This document shows, in pieces, positions 52,055 through 61,982 of a stretch of DNA of 64,000 bases. Position 1 is the first letter of the stretch. Each line of letters opens with the position of its first letter. The translations under genes were made by a program, and so were the position numbers. The notes under the pieces were generated by a model. It saw nothing but the letters and a program-made list of their open reading frames with translations. It had not been told where the DNA came from and made no database searches. This DNA is from Marsupella aquatica (Eukaryota > Plantae > Marchantiophyta), in NCBI GenBank assembly GCA_973895155.1, contig OZ316891.1, positions 1,851,324 to 1,915,323 on the forward strand, written 5' to 3'.

Positions 52055-54116
52055 TCATGCATGTATCTCTACAAAATAACTAGAATGGGCTCTTGCGGCT
52101 CCTCTTGGTTGGCTTCTTGGCTGGCTTCTTGCCCTTATTCTTCCGGGGATCCTGTTGGTGACGGGTGCGTGATGGCCGTCGGCGCTCCTGCTCCTGTTGC
52201 TCCTCTGGCTCCTCCTGCCCCTCCTGCTCCTCCTCCTCATCCTCAGGGTCCTCCTTCTCCCCCTGGTCATCAACGTGTGCTGATGACACACGACTACCAC
52301 CACTACCACGGTGGGAAGAACCTACCTCATGACTACTCCCCCCCGAGCACCACTAGTACCAGGAGTAGCCCCCTCATCGTCATCACTACTGCTCACATCA
52401 GCACCCGACCCCTCAGGCTCATCCAAATCTTGCATCCATTACATATCATTAGTTTCCGCAAGACATAAAGGGTCACTCACAACGTTCGCATGCTAATCAT
52501 ATGGTTCACACTTAGACACTTATAGTAGCCAACTCGGCATCTACCATCGCAAAGAGGTACTTTCATCCATGCTCTATCGCCACCTCAATATGCTTTTTTG
52601 ATATCTTCCTTATGTACCTCCGATACTGCCATGCATAAAACCAATTAAAATTGGTTAAATTTGCCCTTAAGCATACCCTATAGCCACAAGTGACGCCTAA
52701 ATCCTCAACTACTAAACACGACCCAAAAAAAATTTAAAATTCAAATTTGTGAACTTATAAGCATGGCAACTTGCGAACCACATTTTTTGCGAAGGCGTTG
52801 CGATGGAGTTTGCGATGCGCATTTGTTTGCAAAGGCATCAGAAAATTGAAATGGAAAAAGTCCATGATAGAATTTGCGAGGGGTTTGCGAACAAATGCGC
52901 ATCGCAACACCTTCGCAAACTGTGTTCCCGAGAGTTTTGAAAAATTTGCCAAAAATTCTAAGTGTCAGAGTTGCCCTAAACTAGTAACCAAGCAAGCATG
53001 CACAACAGCAAGAACATTTGGGGATGTCATTCACTTGCATTGCACAACTCTAAAAGGAATAGAAAGGTTAGGGAGGAGCAAGAGGCACTCACAAAGTGTG
53101 ACTTGAGGCCGAGGAGCCCGCCTTGACCCAACTTGTGGACTGGATTGGGGGTGGATTTCACTCGTTTGGCTGCATCTGTGAAACGCTTGGGTGGCTTTCC
53201 CTCCTGGTCGGCCACCTTCTGCATCTCAGCTACCTTCTGCTCAAGTGGCTTCAGGTTGTGGTCAAGGGGGAGCTTCTCGGCCTCCTTTGCTTTCAAGGCT
53301 CGATCTAGATTTCCCTTCCACTCTTCCAACTCGTGAGCTGCCTTAATTTGCACCTCAATCTTGTAAAACGAATTCCAGATGTCCTCGGTGAAGTGGAGGG
53401 GTCTGCGCAAGTTCCTGTATGATCTCAAGTCTTTCAGGTGGGCTCTAATCTTCATCCTGTCATGGTATCGCATTTGAGACATAGAATTTGAAATCTTATC
53501 TGCCAACCATTGCTCATCTATGTCAGGCCCATTGCAAAATGCATCCTTGATTTGGTTGATGACCCTCTTTCGCTCTGCCTTCTCAATCTTCCCCCACTGC
53601 ATGCCTCGTGAGAAATTGCTTGTGATAATCTGCTTGATTGTGCTCTTAGCCCCTGCATACGCTAGCTCAGTTGGAGTCCCACTTGTCTCCAAGGCAATGA
53701 ATGGAAGTTTTTTCTTGCTTCCTCTTTCTGACGTTGCTCCTCCCTCTGTTTTCGAATTGAATCTCTCTCCTCTCTTCTCTTCTGCTTCTCTAGGGCTTGA
53801 GGAGAGGCAACTCCCGACTTAGTTCTTTCCTCTCTCTTCCTTTTTTTCTCTCTAGCCTTATCTTCAGCTGCGGCCCTCTCCTCCCCCTCTTAGTAGCTTG
53901 TCCTGCTACAATCCCAGTTTGCAAAACCTGTCCAAGAATGGCACTCAAAGAGGCAAGCCCTGTTGGAGAATTGAGATTCACTTCTCCCAATTGTGCAGCA
54001 CTGAGATGTTGGGCCACTAAGTCTGCCCAGGCATTCTTCTCTTTCTCTGGATTTCCCCCATTGCCACTACCACTACCACTACCACCTTGCCCTCCACTCC
54101 CCTCACCGGTAGCCAT
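52055..54116 (-). pseudogene. CACTA ORF2 (TnpA / Ptta-En/Spm-like), divergent from the transposase, frameshifted and internally incomplete
   Basis: MATGEGSGG...; W......R helical region; P..FTEDIW..F; HKLGQGG motif followed by donor ttt|gtgagt near 53092; acidic and basic tail at 52055-52330. Confidence 0.6.
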
Positions 54117-54599
54117 AGCTCCCCTCTCTCACAGTCTCCCTCGTACTGTCGCGTGCGCTCCGGCCCTTCTCGTCTCGCTCAAAAACTGAAATGAGCCCGA
54201 ATGCGAGCTCTCGCCGATGTTTACGCTGTTCAAAAACGGGTATGTGATGACATACGCATGGGAAACTGCGAAGCCCGCGCCCTCGCAAATAGTCTCGCAA
54301 CTTGCAAGGCACTTCCGAATCTATTCCCTTCGCAAGGCCATCGCAACCAGCAAAAGACTCAAAAAATCGTTCTCGGACTCTGTTTTTGCGAAGTAAGTGT
54401 GAAGGCCGTAGGTTCGCAAAAAGATTCTCTAACTTGTGAAATAATTTGCGAGGCAGGTCTTATCGGTTTAGGGTTGGAAAACACTTTGGGGTGTCAAACG
54501 GCTATTAAGGTTTGTCAAACGACATTTAAGGTATGTTAAGTTCCCGTAAGTTAACATGGAAGGGGTGGCAATGGATGTTTGGGTTGTAAGGATACCTCG

Positions 54600-55400
54600 A
54601 ATATAAGTTAACAAAGGTTTGAGTTTAATTAAAGGTTAGGTTTATATTTGGTTTTAATCTAGGAGTATTTGGTTTAATTAAGGGGGTTAGAACTTGGGTT
54701 AGGTTGGAATAAAAGGGTTGGGTTTAAATTAATGGGTTTGGCTTAGGGTTCAAGGTAGAGGTTTGCATTAGGTTGTGAGTAATTACAGGGGTTGGGTTTG
54801 GTTTTAGTTGAGGGGTTGAATTGTGGTTGTTTTTGAAAGGGATTGGGTTTGGTTTTTAGTTGGGGGGTTTAATTGTGGTTTTTTTAAAGGGGTTGGGTTT
54901 CTAATGTAAGTGTTTGGGTTGGGGTGTAACATGATATAGGGTTGGATTTGGTTCTAATTGAGGGGGTACAATTTTTGCTTAAGTTTTAAAAAAGGGCCTC
55001 AATTTAGGGGTTAGGGTGAAGTTTAGAATAACTATAGGGGTGGGGGTTGGCCTATATAGGTAAAGTAAGGTGTAGATACTAGGGTAAGGGTTTTATATGT
55101 AATTGGGGGATTTGGGTTGGGTTTAGGGTAAAGGTTTGAATTTTTAATGAGGGATTTGGGTATTGGTTAGGATAAGGGTAAGGGTTTAGGGTGATTGAGG
55201 GATTTGGGTTAGGTTTTAATGAAGTGTTTCATTTCATGGTTTGGGTTTAGGGTAGGGGTTTAGGGTAAAGGTTTGAATTTTTAATGAGGGATTTGGGTAT
55301 TGGTTAGGGTGAGGGTAAGGGTTTAGGGTGATTGAGGGATTTGGGTTAGGTTTTAATGAAGGTTTCATTTCATGGTTTGAGTTTAGGGTAGGGTTTGGGT
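54600..55400. repeat. Degenerate telomere-like (TTTAGGG / GGGTT) tract with a tandem duplication of about 137 bp
   Basis: Strongly G/T-skewed, with many gggtttaggg. 55119-55255 is repeated at 55256-55390. Confidence 0.8.
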
Positions 55401-55836
55401 TACTTATATTTCTTTCTCTATCTCATTAACATGGAGTGGAAAACTCTTTGGCGTTGTAGGGCACTTCCCCATGTTTTTTAAAGTTTTGGCTAATGCATGA
55501 TAATGCCTTGCGAGAGCCCGGGCATCTGAAAGGTATAACGTTTTCTCACGCATTTCTAGTCATTGCTGTAAATATGGAGGGTTACAATCTATCATCCTTT
55601 TTTTCTGGTTCACCATAAGGCATGGCTTAATTCATTGTATATTGGCAGATTTTCCCCTCCTTCCAGATTTGGTTCATGAAATTTGAGCCACAAGATCCGT
55701 CAAGGCATTGCTAAGCCCGAGTCTCATAAAGGTATTTTTCTGTCAATTCTTTTTAATATGTTTGGGTAGGGATTATCAATGATGGTTTTGGTGAAGTTTT
55801 TACTAATCGCCTTCCAATTGCTATATACTTGTCAGA

Positions 55837-56073
55837 TGTCTTCATCCTCTACAACTTCCACCACATCAGATTCCTCTTCCGATGAAGAAAGTCGTCCTCC
55901 TCGATCCTCAGCCTGAACCAACCGTACGTCGACCTAGTGGTCCACCACGCCAACTTTGTGGTTGTAAAAAATGTGTGGGGATGGTTGTCCAAAAGTCATA
56001 TGTATGTGCGGAGCACATTGCTCGATATGGCCAACATCGAGGTCTTACACCGAGAGCTTCTTCATCCCGTATG
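55837..56073 (+). CDS. First coding exon: transposase-associated Zn-binding domain (one frameshift near 55900)
   Basis: CGCKKC...YVCAEHIARYG fits the CxCxxC...HLxxxG pattern at CACTA transposase N-termini. Ends ATG|GTGAGT (phase-0 donor at 56074). Confidence 0.7.
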
Positions 56074-56185
56074 GTGAGTTGTAAACTTACTGTGATTTCC
56101 ATTTTATTTTGTAAATCTTGCTAGGTAGCATAAAATAAAATTTGGGAGGTTCATCACACTCACTTGGTTCCATTTCTTCCTATAG

Positions 56186-57008
56186 GTATCCAGTAGGCCT
56201 ACACCCACTACACCAACACCCTATGTTCCCTCACAAGGAGTTCTAGATGCTATAGGCTCGGCACTTTCACAAGCTTTTCGTTTAGTGGCAGCAGGGCAAG
56301 GTAGTGTTGGGACAATTCAGGGTGACGGTATTGGTACAAGAGGGAAAAAAAGTCAAAAAGACAGCCTAGAGGGGAAGTGGATCAGTACACTTGTAGGGTT
56401 GTTGATGGTAGATGGGGCCCTTGTACCTTCACAAGGAAGTGTGTTCCTATCTTAAAGGATTGGAATCCGGTCCGGAGTGCCTTGGTTTGCCATGTGATAT
56501 AACCTATGGTGAGGAGATAGAAGTTTGGGGAAGACGTTGGGTTGTCAAGAGTTTGACCCTAGGGGAGAGGCATGGGTATGGGATTTTCTCTTGTCAGGAC
56601 ATTATTGTGGATGATATGGGTGGAAAAGGGCGCTCTTCGGATGGACCAACGTTGTTCCCGTATGGTGGACCCATTTACAAGAGGAGACATTGGAACATGA
56701 TCCTTGTTCAACACCCTGAGTGGAAGACTTATGCATTGGACATGGATACTTTTGATGGTTGCACCAGAAAGTATTGTGACCAGCGTATAATTGATGGTGA
56801 TCCCATCCGTAGTGGGAATATTGCCGGTTTCATCAACAGTACTGTGGGGACCCAGCCTAAGCGTAGGAAAAACTGTGAATGGGTTTTTGTTGATGGTCCC
56901 CCTCCAGCCCCTTATGGGCAGAGATATCATCATGACCATTGTCTAGTTGTAGCTAATAGGACCATTCTGGCTGGAGAGGAGTTGTTTACACATTATGAAT
57001 GGGATTAA
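56186..57008 (+). CDS. SET-domain (lysine methyltransferase-like) exon; SET core open in 56412-57008, upstream linker with about two frameshifts
   Basis: Ordered SET motifs: VVKS....HGYGIFSCQDI, PYGGPI, YALD, IDGD..SGNIAGFINST, NC, LVVANRTILAGEELFTHY. Acceptor ttcttcctatag ends at 56185. Confidence 0.82.
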
Positions 57009-57977
57009 GATTACTTTAGGGACATGTATTATACGTTCATCGTATGTGAACGTATGTTTTGTAATGACATGTTCTTTTTATATTGTTAATAATATGTTTC
57101 GAGCACTACTATATTTGGAGTTAATTTCATTGTGAATGCTTTATTGTATTGTCTATAGTTCAATGTGCGGCCTAGTCAAGATATGTTGCCAAGGAGGTTG
57201 AGAGCTACATATCAAGAAATGGGCTTGCCACAAGACGGGGAAACATCATCAGCAGATTCCTCATCAAGGGACAATGATAATGACAGTCCAGATGAAGGGG
57301 CACCTTGGACAGATTATGAGGTCATGCAAGACGAAGAGTCAGCCATGGATGACTTCATGACAGATTGGTTTGGTGTAGACATTGGTGGTGAAGGAGGTGT
57401 CCCACCCAATGAAGGAGATCCTCCACCAAATGTTGCACATGATCCAAGGCCTCAACGTACACCTGAAGGACAAAAACAATGGGAAGAAGCTGCTCAGGCA
57501 CATGCTAGAACACCTATTTATGGGGGTGCTCGTTTGAATAGACTATCTGCCATCTTGGCATTGATGAATCTTCAGGCAAAACACAAGGCAAGCAATGCGC
57601 TACTATCGGATTTGTTTGCAATTTGCCATGATCTCTTGTTACCCAGTGAAAATGTTTGCCAGGAACTTGGAAGGAGGCAAAGAGGGTTCTATCATCCATT
57701 GGCATGGAATACCATATCATTCATGCTTGTGTGAATGACTGCATTCTCTATCATGAGACCAATGCCAGTGCAACTGAGTGTCCAATTTGTCAAGAGCCTC
57801 GATATGAAACCAACATGTTGACCTCAAAGGTGCCTAGAAAAGCTGTTCGTTGGTTTCCTATTATTCCTCGATTGTTGCACATGTACCGATGTTTTGACTT
57901 GGCAGAATTGATGGTATGGCATAAGACACATCGATCAGAGGCTGGTGTCATGCGGTTGCCAGTTGATTCCCCTGCTC

Positions 57978-58180
57978 CCCTGGGCCCTCACTCCGTGTAA
58001 AAGAAGTTGACCCCCCTGCGATCGGCCCCTTTTCGTGTTTACCCCTTGTTATTTCCATTTTACCATTAAAAGTTCTCTTATTATCGATAATAATTATAAT
58101 TATTAGTTCAAAATGAATAAAAACTACCCTTGGAGTGTTCGCACGTCTTGCATGTATTAGTTAAGACTGAGGGCCTAGGG
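57978..58180. mobile_element. MITE, 8-bp TSD
   Basis: TIRs ccctgggccctca / tgagggcctaggg. TSD ccctgctc / ccctactc. Removing it restores PVDSPAHKHVESQWP. Confidence 0.88.
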
Positions 58181-60385
58181 CCCTACTCACAAGCATGTGG
58201 AGTCACAATGGCCAGAGTTTGCACGTGACCCTCGTCATGTGAGGTTGGGGTTGGCATCAGATGGGGTGAGCCCACACTCCCTTGGAGGGAAAGGGCGCCC
58301 TACTTCGGTTTGGACGGTGGTTTTTATGAATTACAACCTTCCCCCATGGTTGTCCATGAAAAAAGGATTCTTATTGCTATCATTGATTATCCCAGGTCCA
58401 TCTAAGGTAAAAAACATGGACACCTACTTGGCGCTCTTGGTTGGGGAACTTCATAAATTATGGGGGGGTGTATGGGCATATGATGGTCGGACAACTACAG
58501 GAGGGTTACCACGTGTCTTCCAATTGAAGGGAATCATTATGTGGACCATGCATGACTATCCAGGTGAGTGGTATGGATTTGTATTTTTTTCATGTATTGG
58601 AGATCAAGTTTGTCTGGAAGGAAGTCCCTCTTTAATTCTATGTACATGAACTTTTCAATTCCTTTGACTCTCATGAGAATGTTATTTTGTAAGCAGGGTT
58701 TGGGTTTGTTTCTGGGTTCCAAACTCAAGGGTACAAGGCATGCTCCACTTGTGGTCCAAGCCTTCACGATATGGCCAAGTACTCAAAATGGCTGCACAAG
58801 ATAATCTACCTTGGTCATACCAAGTTTCTTCCACTTGGGCATCACATGAGGTCTGACCCCCTTTTGTTTTCAGACTTTGACATGATCAATGGTGATGAGC
58901 GTGAGATACCTGACCGCACAAAATTTTCGTATTGGAAATCCATAGCTGATAGGGTGGCAGACCCTGAAGATGCCATGGGATTTGATGGTAGTGGATTGAT
59001 AAGGTGGAGTATACTGGCCACTTTGCCCTATTGGCCTGAGTTGAAGATTCATCACTTGTTAGACCCCATGCATATAGAGGGAAATGTTGGGAAGGCTTTG
59101 ATCAAGCACTTTTATGGGGAAAAGAACATTAATTTTAGGGAGGCATGCCAGGATCTAGAACGACATCCAGATGTATGGATAACAGTTGATGAATCCACAG
59201 GGATGGAACATCGTCCTTCAGCTCCATGGGTTTTGAGTGTTGGTGAAAGAAGAGAGTTTCGACAATGCATAGGGCAGATGCGGTTTCCTACAGGCTATGG
59301 TGCCAATCTACGTAAGGCTTTTGGGATGGAGGACAGTCATAAATGACCAATGTATCTCAAGACACATGACTATCATCGTTTACTACAACATATACTTCCT
59401 GTGGCAATCATAGGTTTGGGGAGTGAAGAAGTGCAAGACACCCTTTGGTCACTGGGCACTTTGTTGAGATGGATATGCTCAAAGGAAATATATGAAGAAG
59501 AGATACCACGGATGGAGGTATTAGCAGAAGAGGTGGTATGCAAGTTGGAGAAGGCCCTCCCTCCTTCCTTCTTTGATTGTCAGGTGCATCTTCTCGTTCA
59601 TCTTGTGAGGGAGGTTGCCATTGCCGGTCCGGTGCATTGTAGGTGGATGTATTGGTTGGAAAGGTACATGGCCCAGTGTTAAAGGCTTATGTACGGAACC
59701 ATGCACGAGTGGAGGGGAGCATGGAAAATGGATACTTGGCAGCTGAGAGTATGTTTTATTGTAGTAACATCTTAGCTACCATTGATCCTAGTTGTCCATG
59801 CACTTGGATGGAAGAGAGGGAAGTGGAGGAGGACCATTTAACAGGTGCAAAAAAAACACGCTTACTAACCGCAGTGGAGTTGACACAAGTTAGTACTTTC
59901 ATGTTGAGTAACAACAATGTGATGGAAGATTGGAGAGAGTTTTATGAGGATGCAAAGAGGGAGAGTCGTCGCCCAAGAATCTTTCCAAAGTTCCTTGAGT
60001 ATATGAAGGAGAAAGTACTTCAGTTGGATGCTATGGTGGCCCAAGGTGAGAATGTATCACATTTTCCAGATATGACTCCTGAGGTTCGAACAATTGTTCA
60101 TGGTCCTTTAAGACTTGTTCAGACCAGAACAGCAATGTGGACACAAGGGAGGCATTTCAGGATTTCTGACCTTGATGAGAAGAGGGGAAGAACTTTTGAT
60201 TGTGGAGTTCAAGGGCAGTTCATGCAAGATTCACAAAGTAGCCGTCATGACACTAATGTGATCAGAGATGTGGTGCCTCACTATGGGAAGATTGAAGAGA
60301 TCTTGATCATATCCTATGATGCCGATTCCAGATTTGAAGAATATGCCTTCAAGTGTAAGTGGTTCAAAATTCACCTGGTTTGTGA

Positions 60386-60684
60386 CCCTGGGGAATCACT
60401 CGTTGGATTATTAGAACGGGGTGCGAACAAATGAAGGTTCTTTTTAATCTTGTTGGTGTAATAATTATAATCAAAAATTTGTACTAACTTAGGCGTTTAA
60501 AAATCCAATTTTGGTAAAAATATTAGTTTTTATATTCAGCAAGGTATTTAAAAATTTGTCAAAGCCATATAATCAAGGGTACAAGGGTATTTTTAATTGA
60601 ATTTATTTTTTCATTTATTTTTTCAAATTTCATTGGTTTGTTCTCACTTGTTTTAGGGGTTTTACTCTAAGTGATTCCCTAGGG
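60386..60684. mobile_element. MITE, 8-bp TSD
   Basis: TIRs ccctggggaatcact / agtgattccctaggg. TSD gtttgtga / gttggtga. Interrupts the transposase after CKWFKIHL. Confidence 0.88.
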
Positions 60685-61982
60685 GTTGGTGATAATCGCA
60701 CGGTACTTCTTGATGAGTGTGGGTTTACTCGACTGAAGACATCATCAACTAGCTTTCAACCATCTCATTGGCAAACATCTGAACCATTTACATTCCCAAG
60801 TCACCTTGAGCAGTGTTTCTATATTCCGTACTCACCAGACCCAGAGTGGTCAGTTGTTATACCGTATGTGCCACGGTCCCGTTCCATTATCTCGGAAAAA
60901 CCTGACGTTATTATTGTGTCAAATGGAGGAGAGGATGAGGACCAGGTTTGATGCACTAGTAGTAAAACTTGTTGTGGGCCCAGAATTTGACCCTAAACTA
61001 ACTATCATGGTTTTATTTATATTAACATATTAATTTTCTTCTTTTGTTTTACAAACACTTAATTGGACTTTGAAATTTCATCTCACTGTTATATATGCAA
61101 CCCTAGCCATTTCCAAAGCTATCCTCATGCATGCCACCTTTTTGAAAACCCTAGCTGTAACCTAAACACATGCATTCTCCATCTTGTAAAGAAACTCTCT
61201 CAAACATTTCCATTCTACAAACTTTTCAAACAACTCTCTTTGCAAAACATTTTCAAGCTTGTCAAGAAGCAACTTCTGAACACTTTGTGAATAACACACC
61301 ATCGGTAATTGTGATGCCAATGGGTTCTCAACTTTGCGAATCAACTGGCTTTGGTAACTTGCAACTATTTATACTTCACAATATTGTGCGAAGCTAATAG
61401 GTTCACAAGATATATTTGAGTACATTATTATCACTAAATTATGAAACAAAAGAGATCCAAATGCAGTCGCGATGGTCACGGATCCACAAATACTTTGTGA
61501 GACAAATAGTATCTGAAAGAGTTGCGAATTCAATCCGATCTCAAACAAATTGCGAGGTATTTAGCTTCGCAACACTATGTTGCAAACCTTTGAGCATGGT
61601 TTATTGTGATGCGTGTTTGATCACAAAATATCTGAAGTCGATGACATCGCAAGACCATCCCGGCGTTAAAAAAAAGCTTCGCAAAAGGGGCCAATATGTA
61701 GTAGTGAAAGGCTAGGGGGTGGGAGAAGGAAAGCTACGAGGAGGAATGACTACAAGCGACATGAGTTTTCTTTTCATAAAGTGTACCAAAAGGTGTGGGA
61801 GTGTACATAGGACTGTGGGGATGGAAGATGTAAAAAAGCCACATTTAAAATTGATATACTTACAAGATTGATTTGGGCAAGTTACATAAATTTATTAATA
61901 ATTTAGAAACACATATTTCTCCAACCAAGAAGAGAGATCCTCATGTTCAAATCTAACTGTATATCCACATAACATATACCCC

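Larger units (their letters stand above)
57159..60951 (+). pseudogene. CACTA transposase (Transposase_21, DUF4218 and DUF4216-like), degenerate
   Basis: IHACVNDCILY..CPIC, FARDPRHVRLGLASDG, YNLPPWL, IIPGP, WTMHDYPG (intron about 58564-58696), LDPMHIEGNV, LKTHDYH, PPSFFD, GPVHCRWMY. Two MITE insertions, frameshifts and a stop at 59344. Confidence 0.95.
51309..61706 (+). mobile_element. Complete CACTA (En/Spm) transposon, 10.4 kb
   Basis: Left end CACTACAACACTATCGGCCGGTTTTGC; right end (reverse complement) CACTACTACATATTGGCCCCTTTTGC. 3-bp TSD AAA. TTTGCGA-type subterminal repeats and a transposase are present. Confidence 0.92.

Noticed and set aside
54600-55400. True or interstitial telomere from a chromosome fusion
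   Set aside because: The repeats are highly degenerate, in a single orientation, and lie inside a transposon.
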